DNA of 64,000 nt, taken from assembly GCA_963769305.1 (NCBI GenBank), contig CAVYLJ010000034.1, positions 72,647 to 136,646 of the forward strand. Reading direction: 5' to 3'. This stretch comes from an uncultured delta proteobacterium (GTDB taxonomy: Bacteria; Desulfobacterota; RBG-13-43-22). The notes under the pieces were generated by a model. The model searched no databases. It was not told the origin of the DNA and saw only the letters and a list, made by a program, of their open reading frames with translations. The position numbers and the translations under genes were made by a program. Below are positions 9,551-19,142 of the stretch, in pieces. Every line of letters starts with the position of its first letter. Within the stretch, counting starts at the first letter, position 1.

Positions 9551-9580
9551 TAAAAAACCCCATCTCTTTATAAAATGGGG
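9551..9580 (-). terminator. Intrinsic-terminator-like hairpin (CCCCAT/ATGGGG stem) followed by TTTTTATTT on the minus strand
   Basis: Stem arms are 9558..9563 and 9575..9580, with a T-run at 9557..9551 when read on the minus strand. It sits between promoter copy B and the ORF starting at 9510. Confidence 0.4.
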
Positions 9581-9706
9581 TCTTGTTGAACTGATTCATA
9601 GACCAGCCTTTCGATTTTGAGAGCTGTCAGCGATTAGCTTTTAGTTTTTAGAAAAAAATCTTTGAAAAAGTCTTATGCTGACTACTGATGGCTTATTAGC
9701 TCCATT

Positions 9707-9735
9707 TTTAAAACATATCCACCACTTAAAGTCAA
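9707..9735 (-). promoter_or_regulatory. Candidate sigma-70 promoter, copy B of the duplicated module
   Basis: The minus strand reads TTGACT (9735..9730), a 17-nt spacer, then TTTAAA (9712..9707). Confidence 0.3.
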
Positions 9736-9925
9736 TTTAAAAGGAGATTAAAGGACCTCCATTTTCGATGATATCGCTCGGGCCCCAATAGGGACCAAGG
9801 AGGGCACCGCCCCAGTCATATTCTTATCCGGATATCCAATGCCGCCCGATTCCATCCCAAAAATCCAGGAAGCTTGGCTCAAAAACCCCGGCCTTTAACC
9901 CCGGCAATCTTCTATAGTAAACGCA

Positions 9926-10459
9926 TTAAATAAGATGACATAATGAAAGTATTTTACTTGGTTTCCATCGTTGAGATCTCTTAAAGATCGCTTTCTCCAA
10001 GGCTTCTATGGTTTCAAAGTAGACATTTGTTGTTTCTTCGTATCGCATAGTTTTCCAAAGTATTTCTTGGCGATTTAATTCGGGATGATACGCTGGCAAG
10101 TAATGGATTTTGATATGCTTATGTTTTTTGCAAAAGTCCCTGACTCTTTCTCCTTTATGCCAACTGGGGCCATCAACCCACAAGTCAACAATTTCTTGCT
10201 TAAAACGTCCAGCAATGTAGGAGAGAAATTTTATAAAACCAACAGTATTGCCTTTCTCGTGCTTCATTATGCCATGTCTACCATTAACCGGATCAACCCA
10301 TCCCGTGACATTTATTCGCTTTTGGTGCTGACTGCGGGTATAAACAACCGGTTGCTCCTTGCCTTTTTTGAACCAGACCCTTCCGAGTTTGGGATGCAAA
10401 CAAAATCCTGCCTCATCGGCAAAAAGAATAATCCGGTTTTCAATCCCCTGCTGGATCAT
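9926..10459 (-). CDS. IS630 transposase, DDE catalytic part (orfB)
   Basis: 177-aa ORF (...IILFADEAGF...WVDGPSWHKG...YLPAYHPELNRQE...) with DDE_3-type motifs. Removing one A from the A8 run would fuse it in frame to orfA. Confidence 0.8.
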   Translation of the reverse strand: MIQQGIENRIILFADEAGFCLHPKLGRVWFKKGKEQPVVYTRSQHQKRINVTGWVDPVNGRHGIMKHEKGNTVGFIKFLSYIAGRFKQEIVDLWVDGPSWHKGERVRDFCKKHKHIKIHYLPAYHPELNRQEILWKTMRYEETTNVYFETIEALEKAIFKRSQRWKPSKILSLCHLI

Positions 10460-10970
10460 CAGGAGTTTTTTTTAAAGAGATACGAAATCCCTTTACTCCC
10501 TTCTTCGAGGCCTGGACAAAACGATACGCTGGTTGTTTCAATACATATTTCAGTTCATGAAGCAACTGTTGCGCCCGTCGTGGGCGTATGGTTACTCCAT
10601 GATATTCCTTTAGATATTCAACCACTACTATCCCATCCCAGCGTGCGCGAGCTATCCCAAAATCTTTTGGTGATTTTTGTAGAGCCTGATCAAGGGCCTG
10701 TTTATATGGTTCTGTCACTCTTGGCGGCCTCCCTGGGCGCTGCTTGTCCTGGACACTCTCCAGCCCTTCTTCATTGGCTTTGTAGATCCATTTCACAATG
10801 CTCCATCTTGATAAACCAAACAAGGAAGCAATGCTCGTGGATTTCCATCCGGACAAAAGCAGCAACAATGCCGCTATTCGGATTCCAGTCCAGGCACCTG
10901 GAATTTCCTCTGCCATCTCCAGAAGGCGATGACGCGTTATCTGAGCGTTGGTTATGGATAATGCTTTCAT
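10440..10970 (-). CDS. IS630 transposase, N-terminal HTH part (orfA)
   Basis: 176-aa ORF with helix-turn-helix-like regions. It ends just after an A8 run (10466..10473). Confidence 0.8.
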   Translation of the reverse strand: MKALSITNAQITRHRLLEMAEEIPGAWTGIRIAALLLLLSGWKSTSIASLFGLSRWSIVKWIYKANEEGLESVQDKQRPGRPPRVTEPYKQALDQALQKSPKDFGIARARWDGIVVVEYLKEYHGVTIRPRRAQQLLHELKYVLKQPAYRFVQASKKGVKGFRISLKKTPDDPAGD

Positions 10971-11388
10971 TTTTGCCCTCCCGTTTCGTTATTTTGGAAC
11001 GAGAGCAGCATAATTGATATATTTCAATTTGTCAACTTATTTATTGCGTCTAATATAATTGAGTCACTACTGAGTACTCGCCTTAGGTGATTGATATCAT
11101 GGGCTTTATGAAAAAAGGTATATTTCTTAAGTATATTGGGAAGGTAATCTACGATTCTGACCGTTATCGAAGAATTCAACCGGGAGTCTCTGTTGATTGT
11201 AACGGCCGGTATGATTAACCCCGATTATATGCTTAATTGTCTCAAGGGCCTTTTTGTCAAATATGGGTCTCCAGAGGACATAAATTAAAGACCCCAGTGA
11301 GGTAGAAAGACGGTGCCTTTTATTTATGTGCCTTCGATTAGCTCCTAATAAAACCATCATGCCTCAAGAGGCTCCCCGAAACATGAAA

Positions 11389-11462
11389 AAGATTCAAGGG
11401 GGAAAGGGGCCAAGGATTCATGTGGAAGGTATGGGAGTTAAACTCCTTGAATCCTAACCCCC
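11389..11462. repeat. Copy 1 of a dispersed imperfect-palindromic GGATTCAAGG repeat family
   Basis: The sequence aagattcaagggggaaaggggccaaggattcatgtggaagg...ctccttgaatcct has a left arm ~85% identical to 24271..24312. It sits immediately 3' of the ADH stop. Confidence 0.7.
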
Positions 11463-11471
11463 TTTTTAGCA

Positions 11472-14133
11472 TTAATAGGCCTGCTGATAAAGCTGCAGCA
11501 CTTCCATGGGATCGCTGACCGGACGGGCATTGAACAGGGCCGCCGAGTCGGCAATGGCATGGAAGGCGCAAATCCCCAGACCTTCTTCCGGGACACCCAC
11601 ATCCCGCAGTCGCATGGGATGTCCCGTCTTTTCCATCAGGGCCTCGATGGCATCGGCTGCCGCCAGGGCTGCTGTACGCGCGTCCATCCCGATCGTGTTG
11701 ACCCCCAGGGCCTGGGCCACCAGGGCCAGCTTATCAGCGGCAAAATCGACATTAAAACGCATGACCTTGGGCAGCATGATGCCGCAGGCCGCTCCGTGAG
11801 GCACATTGTGCAGGATCCCCACCGTATGGGCCATGGCATGGGCCAAGCCGACCTGGGCTATGGTAAAGGCCCATCCGGCCGTGGTGGCGGCGACCTGTAA
11901 TTGTCCCCGGGCCTTTTCATCCTGGCCGTTGGCCACCACCTTGGGCAGGTTTTCCCCGATCAGCCGGATGGCCTGCAAGGCCTGGCCGTCGCAGATCGGC
12001 ATTCGACATGATGCTGGTCAGGGCCTCGACGGCATGGGTCATGGCGTCCATGGCCGTGGTCACGGTTAATCCTGGAGGCAGGGTCATGGTGAAACGGGGA
12101 TCCAGTATGGCCGTATTGGGGACGATAAAAGGATCGACGATATAGACCTTGCGGCCGGCCGTCTTGCTTTTGATGACGGCCACATTGGTCACTTCGCTGC
12201 CGGTCCCCGAGGTGGTGGGGATGACGATGTGGGGCGTCTGGGGCTCGGTCAGCCTGGCGATGGCAATATGATCATTGGCCCGGCCGCCGTTCTTCAAGGT
12301 CACACAGACCGCCTTGGCCGTATCGATGACACTGCCCCCGCCCACACTGACGATACAATCGGCCTTAAGATCCCGGGCCATGGCCACGGCCGCATCCACC
12401 GTATCCAGGTCGGTGTCCTGGGCGATGTCGTCAAAGACCCCCACACAAAAATCCACCAGGGCCTCTTCGACCAGCTTGGTCAGTCCCGCCTTTCTGACCC
12501 CGGCATCGGTCAAGATCAGCACCCGCCGGCTGTTCAGCGTGGTAATGACCTTGCCGATGGCCGTCAGGCACCCATGCCCGCCGATGATCAAAGTGGGACT
12601 GATGTATTGAATAAAGGGTATCTTGAGATTGTCGGAAAGGATCCCCATGGTGAAATTACTCTCATGATCGGCAAAGGCGGCCACATGCATCCGTTTGATC
12701 TGGGTGTATTCGGCCAATCCGGCGTGGCCCAATTCCCGTCCGATGCCGGACTGCTTATATCCGCCGAAGGGACAGAAATCGCCGAAGGAATGAAAGTTGT
12801 TGATCCAGACCGTGCCCGTCCGAATTTTTTGGGCTATCCTTTCGGCCCGGGCCGTACTGCCGGAAAAGACCCCGCCGGCCAGACCGTAAATGGAATCGTT
12901 GGCAATGGCCACGGCCTCTTCGTCGCTGTCATAGTTGATGACACAGACCACCGGACCGAAGATCTCTTCCTGGGCGATGCGCATGCTATTTTTCACATCA
13001 GCAAAAATGGTGGGCGCATAATAAAAGCCCCCGGCCATCCCTTCCACCTCGACCCGTCGGCCGCCGGTCAGCAGGGTGGCCCCTTCCTTCTGGCCCAGCT
13101 TGACATACTGTTCAACGGTAGCCAATTGCGTTTCGTTGACCAGAGGCCCCAGGTGCGAAGTCGGCAGAAGCTGGTAGCCCACCCTTAAGGCCTCGGCCCG
13201 TTTTTTCATTTTTTCCACAAACTCATCATAGATCTTGGAGGAGACCAGGACCCGGGTCCCCGATTCGCAGACCTGCCCCTGGTGGAAAAAGGTTCCGAAG
13301 GCCGCACCGTTTACGGCCAGGTCCATATCGGCATCATCACAAATGATATTGGCCGACTTGCCGCCCAGCTCCAGGGTCACCTTTTTGACCGTATCGGCGG
13401 CCATTTTCATGATCTCCCGTCCCACCACCGTACTTCCGGTAAAGGCGATCTTATCCACTTCGGGGTGGGTGCAGAGAATCCGGCCCAACTCCCCTCCCGG
13501 ACCGGCCAGGATGTTGATGACTCCCTTGGGAATACCCGCGGCCTGGGCGGCTTCGGCAATGATCAGGGCCGTCAGCGGCGTGGCCGTGGCCGGTTTCAGG
13601 ACAATGGTGTTGCCCATGATGATGGCCTGGGCGATCTTCCAGAAGGCCATGCTGGCCGGAAAGTTCCAGGGGATGATCCCGACACAAACGCCAATCGGTT
13701 CCCGGCGGATGTAATCCCGTCCGGGGGCGAAGACATTTCCGGCATAGGGAATCTCTTCTTCCCAGGGAAATTTGAAGGCCCCGTAATAAGCAAAGTTACG
13801 CAACAACTGGGAACCGAGCATGCCCCAATATTTGGCCAGTCCGATGACCTGACCGGCATCCATGGACTCGGTAATGGCCAGGCGCAGGGTCTGCTGGGTG
13901 ATCTGATCGGCAAAGTCATATATCTTTTGCGCTCGGGCGTCCGGTCTCATCCCGCTCCACTCCCCGTGATCGAAGGCCCGCCTGGCCGCGGCAATGGCCG
14001 CTTCGGCCTCGGCCGGACCGGCTTTGGCCACGGTGGCTATCGGAAGCCCGGTCCCCGGATCGATCGATTCAAAGGTTGCACCGCTTTGTGCCTCCACAAA
14101 TTCCCCGTCTATAAACAGCTTGTAATGTTCCAT
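11472..14133 (-). CDS. Bifunctional aldehyde dehydrogenase / iron-containing alcohol dehydrogenase fusion (~887 aa), one apparent frameshift near 12000
   Basis: ORF 11917..14133 has an N-terminal ALDH domain (FTGSTVVGREIM, ELGGKSANII, QVCESGTR) followed by Fe-ADH (GGGSVIDTAKAV). ORF 11472..12002 continues the Fe-ADH domain (HAMAHTVG...PHGAACG). Confidence 0.85.
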
Positions 14134-14455
14134 CTCGGGTTCTCCTTTTCCCTAAAAATTTTTCCCAGCCATTCTCTATGATAAAAAAGCAAAAAGTCAA
14201 AGACCCTTTTCAAAGTCATTCGACAAAAACCGCCGCCTTGGGGTATCGGTTTTTATTGAGCGGTAGAAAATTTTGTCCCGCATTTTTTATATTCTGTGTT
14301 AAAATAGCTGTCAATACATTAAAGTGTCTTATTAAAAATGTTGTTTTATCTTAAAACATTTTTATGTTTTATTTCGGTTTGGAACCCATCCATCCTATTA
14401 AAACCCTATTCCTTAACAATAAACAATCTTAAGATTTGAATAACAGAGTCGAACC

Positions 14456-16685
14456 ATGAAAAAAAAAGAGCAAGCCCTGTCGGCCCTTCTGGCTGTTTTT
14501 CCGACTATCGAAACCTTTTCCGGCTTTTCAAAAAACCCCGATAATAAGAAAACTCTCGCCTCGTTTATGGCCTATGCGATGAAAAACGACCTCATTAAAA
14601 CAGAGGACGGGAGAAGTCTGCAGTCCTTTATCCGGCAACATTCGCGCCCAACCCGTGATTTAACCGCACCGAACCATCTTACCTTTGAGGTCTTGTTCGA
14701 AAAAAGGGAAGAGATTCTCAAAATGAATCTATCGGGGCGAGCCTTGACAGACCGCATCAATGCCCTGATCGCCGAACACCAAATTGAATTGCCCAAAGTG
14801 AGCAACTCCATGCTGACCCGGTTAAAAAAAGAACCGGCCGATACCACCTATAAACAGAATGTGCTGAGAAGTCTGGCCTTCTGGCTGGGCCACGAGCGAG
14901 GGGATCTCGGTCCCCTGTGGAACTTTGAGACCTTGCAGAAGCTCTGCGGGGAAAGGAAGCCGTCGGAAAATTATCGGGAAGGGGTCAGGATCGGCTTTGC
15001 CCTATACGGCCGGGGAGATGTCATCGACCATGACATCGTCGGCTGGCTTAAAAAGGCCTTAAGAAATTATATCGAACAATCCGTCGGCCATTTTCTTTAC
15101 GGCCGGTGGGGCAAGGTTCGCTCCCACGATATCACCACCTTGTATGTGGATTTTCCCAAAGAAGAGGAAGCCGGAGCCCCGGCCTCTTATCAGCAGTGTC
15201 TCCGTAGCGCCGTTTCCCTGGCCCATCAGATCGCCGTCCGCTGGGCCTTATCCAAGTACTGTACCAAGAACCGGTTTTTATCCATCGGGATCGCCGCCGG
15301 CGAATATGCCGCTCTGGATAGCTATCTGCTTCCCGTTTTAAACGCCAAGCTGCCCGGGGACCCGGTGATCCGGGTGACCGACTATGTCCGGCAGTGCCTG
15401 CTGATCAACGATATTCGGGCCATACTCTGCGAACGTCCCCATGAAACCACCTTGTTTAACGGGGAGGCCCTGACCATCTGGTGGGTCGTGGCCCTGTGGA
15501 GTACCCTTTATTTTGATTTTGTCCCCGATTTGTTAGAGGACCGGATACTGCAAACCGATCCGGCATCCGTTGAAACCTTAAATCGCCTTCTCTGGCCCCC
15601 GGAGGAAACAAGCCCTACCTACTTTGAAAAGGATGAACCCAATGCCGTTACGACCTTCTTTAAAGTCCCCCATAATTCGCTCCTGGGGGTGGAAATCGCC
15701 AAAACTCTTTATTACCGCCGGCGTTTCTGGGAAGCCCTGGAAATACTTCGGATCGTTCTTTCCATCGATCCGACCCATTTGATTGCCCGGGCCCTGCGAA
15801 TGGTGATCTTCCGCAACCTGGCCCTCGACGCCCCTTCTTATACGGTTTCGGAAAATTTATTTAAACAAGCGGAACAGGAAGCCCTTTACATCCGGGAATA
15901 CTGCTCCAGCCAATCAGAGGATTTTTATTGCGAATATGGGGTCGGTTATCTGGCCAAAGCCATGTCGTCTTTAAGATATATGCGAAGGGGAAAAGGAAAG
16001 GTTAAAGGGCAAGCGGGCAGCCAATCCTTAAGGCAAGCGGTCTTTTCGGCCTTTGACCGGGCCGAAGACCTTTTTGAAAAGGGGATGACCGTCTCCCCCT
16101 CCGGCATCCGGTCCTCCTACCTGCTGGACAGCGTGAGAGTGCTTAAAGCCATTTTGAAAAACGATGAGAGTCCTCTTCACCGATCCTCAAAAACCCGTCG
16201 ACGGCTTGCCGGATATTGTCCGCCAGCCCTCCATCGACTTTCAGTGGCAAATCGGCTTTTCCAGGGACGATATACCGCCTCAGCGGAGATTCGATTTTAT
16301 CTTCCAATCAACGCTTCAGAAATTTAAGATCCACGATGATGCGATTTCCCTGCAAACCTACCGGCCCACTACCTATTTTTGTCATATCGCTTCCTTGTGG
16401 GATTTTGCCCCTATCCGGACCGTGGCCATTGCCAAAAGGGCCGTACAATTCTTGAGGGATGCCATTGAAATAGCCAGGTCCGTAGAAAAAGACGATCTCT
16501 GTATTTATTCCTTCACCCGGACTTACGGGGAGATGATGCCGGCAGGAGAATTTATTCAGCACATGGAAAGATCGCTTAAAATGATCGAAGAATATACCGG
16601 TGGGGATCTTTCGGCCAGGGATGACCGGGAAATTATTGATCGGGACAGGGGACTTTCAGCGATGCTGATGACGCTGAATTTTTAG
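14456..16685 (+). CDS. Hypothetical ~740-aa protein: HTH-like N-terminus, degenerate nucleotide-cyclase-like middle region, TPR-like C-terminal half; one apparent frameshift near 16170
   Basis: ORFs 14456..16327 and 16164..16685 overlap. NSMLTRLKK...LRSLAFWLG looks XRE-HTH-like. LSIGIAAGEYAALD...GDPVIRVTDYVRQ weakly recalls a class III cyclase fold. Domain calls are tentative. Confidence 0.5.
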
Positions 16686-17398
16686 ACTTCCATGTACTTT
16701 TCGCGGGCCTGGGGGTTGGCGTCCAACTCCTCTTTGGTCCCGGTAAACCCCACGTGGGCCTTGCCCATCAGATAGACGCGGTTGGCCAAGGACATGGCCA
16801 CCTTAAAATTATGTTCCACCAGTAAAATGGAAACCCCGGCCTTGTTGATCTCGGCCAAGACGTCCCGGACTTCCTGGACCATGATCGGGGACAGCCCTTC
16901 GGTGGGTTCGTCGACCAGTAACAGTTCAGGATTACCCATCAAGGACCGTCCGATGGTCAACATCTGCTGCTCCCCGCCGGATAAGAACCTTCCTTTTGAA
17001 TTGGCCCTTTCTTTCAACTTGGGAAAATGCTGAAAGATCCTCTCTATGGTCCATTTGCCCCCATTGCTGTCTTGGGCAGTCTTCCCTGCCTTAATTCCGA
17101 TTTGGAGGTTATCCAACACGGTGAGCTCCGGGAAGATCCTTCTCTCTTCCGGTACATAGCCGATGCCCGCCCTGGCCACCTTATAGGGAAGAAGACAGGC
17201 AATCTCTCTGCCCTTAAAGACGATCGACCCCGATCTCGGTCTAAGAAGCCCCATGATACTCTTGAGCGTGGTGCTCTTGCCCATGCCGTTTCTCCCGAGT
17301 AAGGCGACGATTTCACCCTGGGCAACCTCCAGAGAGATATTTTGCAGGGCATGGCTCAGCCCGTAGTAGGTATTGAGTCTCTCAACTTTCAGCAGCAT
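16682..17398 (-). CDS. livF: Branched-chain amino acid ABC transporter ATP-binding protein
   Basis: 238 aa with GRNGMGKST Walker A and the LSGGEQQML signature. Confidence 0.9.
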   Translation of the reverse strand: MLLKVERLNTYYGLSHALQNISLEVAQGEIVALLGRNGMGKSTTLKSIMGLLRPRSGSIVFKGREIACLLPYKVARAGIGYVPEERRIFPELTVLDNLQIGIKAGKTAQDSNGGKWTIERIFQHFPKLKERANSKGRFLSGGEQQMLTIGRSLMGNPELLLVDEPTEGLSPIMVQEVRDVLAEINKAGVSILLVEHNFKVAMSLANRVYLMGKAHVGFTGTKEELDANPQAREKYMEV

Positions 17399-17400
17399 CC

Positions 17401-18147
17401 TTAAACCTCCTGTTCCCCCAAGTAGGCATCTTTCACGGCCTGATTCTCCCGGATTTCATTGGGAGTTCCGGTGGTCAAAATCTCCCCGTAGTGGAGAACC
17501 GTTATGCGGTCGGCCAGGGAAAAAACCACATCCATATCGTGTTCGATGATGACCATGGTCTTACCCTCGGTGAGCCGTCTGATCAACTCAACGGCCGTGT
17601 GCGTTTCATCCCGGGACATTCCGGCCGTGGGCTCGTCTAAGAGTACCAGGTCCGGGTCCGTGGCCAGGGCCATGCTGATTTCCAGGGAACGATGTTTGCC
17701 ATAAGACAAGGCACTGGCCGGGAAATTCCGTTCCCGGTCCAGGTTGATCCGGTTTAAGACCTCTTCCGTTTCTCTGGTGATCTCCTCCATCTTGTCCACC
17801 TTGCGGAACAGGTTGAAGCGGATCTTATTCTTGGAAAGGATGGCCAGGCGAATATTCTGGAAAGTGGTCATATTATTAAAGGTACTGGTGATTTGAAAAG
17901 ACCGGCCCAGACCCAGGCGGGTCAACTCATGGGGCCTGGCATGGGAAACATCTTTTCCCTTGAAATGGATTTTCCCTTTGCTGGGCCGGTAGGTTCCGGT
18001 GATCACATTGAAGAGGGTGGTTTTCCCGGCACCGTTGGGTCCGATGATGGCATGGCGCTCCCCTTCTTCAATCTGCAGGTTGACGTTAAACAGTACTTCC
18101 AGCCCGTTGAAATCCTTATACAGTCCTTCGGTCTCCAGGATATTCAT
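17401..18147 (-). CDS. livG: Branched-chain amino acid ABC transporter ATP-binding protein
   Basis: GPNGAGKTT Walker A. Start taken at MNILETEGL (ATG 18147), which overlaps the livM stop (TGATG). Confidence 0.9.
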   Translation of the reverse strand: MNILETEGLYKDFNGLEVLFNVNLQIEEGERHAIIGPNGAGKTTLFNVITGTYRPSKGKIHFKGKDVSHARPHELTRLGLGRSFQITSTFNNMTTFQNIRLAILSKNKIRFNLFRKVDKMEEITRETEEVLNRINLDRERNFPASALSYGKHRSLEISMALATDPDLVLLDEPTAGMSRDETHTAVELIRRLTEGKTMVIIEHDMDVVFSLADRITVLHYGEILTTGTPNEIRENQAVKDAYLGEQEV

Positions 18148-19142
18148 CAAACCTTCTCCATGGGTACTTTTGAGGCAGGAGGGGAAACCCATCTTTGTTT
18201 CAGATAATTGATAAAGCCCATAAACCCCCGGGGGGCGAACATGATGACCAGGATGAGGATCAGCCCATCCACCAGTTCCACCCGTTCGGTATAACGGGTG
18301 GTTATTTCCGTTATAATTTGGAGGATCCCTGTGCCCAGGATGGGGCCGAAGAAGCTGGCCACCCCTCCGACCATGACATTGATGATCGGGGTAAAGGAAA
18401 TCAAAACACTCAAGCCTCCGTCAGCCGAGATCAGATTCTGGAACAAGGCATAGATGGAGCCGGCCACTCCGGCAAAAGCCGCGGAGATTACGTAAACTAA
18501 CGCCTTGGTCTGGGGAACTTTAAAGCCTATATAATCGATCCGCTTGGTATTATCCCGGACCCCGATCTGGATTTGCCCAAAAGGTGTTTTGGTAAAAAAC
18601 CACATCAACCAGAGACTGAGCCCTAAGACGGCTATGGCAAAATAATAGAAATTGGCCGCGTCTTTTATGCTGAAGGAGAGAATCCCCGGAATATGGAAAG
18701 GGGGCAGGGGAAATCCTCCGACGCCGTCTTCGCCTCCGGTGATGGTTCGTAATTTAAGGGACAAAACATACATGAGCTGTCCGAAGGCCAGGTGCAACAT
18801 GGCAAAGGCCGTGCCGCTGACCCTGACGACTAAAGGGCATAATATCAGGGCCAGGAGGATTGCGGCTAACAGACCGAACAAGAGGGCCGGGATAAGAGGC
18901 AGTCCCTCGATATGTCTCAAGGCCAGGGCCGTGCCGTATCCCCCGGTGCCGAAAAACATGGCATGGCCGAAGCTGAACAGGCCGGTATAGCCCAGCAGAA
19001 AATTATAGGAGACGGAAAAAACGGCAAAGATGGCAAAGGTTACAAAAAAATTGGTGTAGTAGATACCAAATACCTTGGGGTATAAGATCAGGATAATAAT
19101 GATCCCCGCCCATAAAAGCCATTGACCTGTTTTTTTCATCAT
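18147..19142 (-). CDS. livM: Branched-chain amino acid ABC transporter permease
   Basis: Start taken at MMKKTGQWLL (19142), overlapping the livH stop (ATGATGA). The upstream 170 aa of ORF 18147..19664 overlap livH out of frame and are not credible. Confidence 0.85.
   Translation of the reverse strand: MMKKTGQWLLWAGIIIILILYPKVFGIYYTNFFVTFAIFAVFSVSYNFLLGYTGLFSFGHAMFFGTGGYGTALALRHIEGLPLIPALLFGLLAAILLALILCPLVVRVSGTAFAMLHLAFGQLMYVLSLKLRTITGGEDGVGGFPLPPFHIPGILSFSIKDAANFYYFAIAVLGLSLWLMWFFTKTPFGQIQIGVRDNTKRIDYIGFKVPQTKALVYVISAAFAGVAGSIYALFQNLISADGGLSVLISFTPIINVMVGGVASFFGPILGTGILQIITEITTRYTERVELVDGLILILVIMFAPRGFMGFINYLKQRWVSPPASKVPMEKV

Larger units (their letters stand above)
9913..11057 (-). mobile_element. 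IS630-family insertion sequence (~1.15 kb) with imperfect 36-bp terminal inverted repeats
   Basis: IR-L at 9913..9948 (tatagtaaacgcattaaataagatgacataatgaaa) matches the reverse complement of IR-R at 11022..11057 (tatattagacgcaataaataagttgacaaattgaaa) at 30/36 positions. The ends are TA-rich, as expected for TA-targeting IS630. Two transposase ORFs lie inside. Confidence 0.85.

Noticed and set aside
10085-11017. 310-aa plus-strand ORF across the IS630 element
   Set aside because: It is antisense to the two transposase ORFs, which carry recognisable HTH and DDE motifs. It has no motif of its own.
11127-11360. 77-aa ORF next to the IS630 right end, considered as a transposase or interrupted-gene fragment
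   Set aside because: It ends 70 nt before the IS end, so it is not obviously interrupted by the IS. I recognise no family motif.
12229-14181. Long plus-strand ORFs (12229..13188, 13282..14181 and others) opposite the ALDH-ADH gene
   Set aside because: These are typical GC-rich antisense shadow ORFs (Gly/Arg/Pro-rich). The minus-strand frame has unambiguous ALDH and Fe-ADH motifs.
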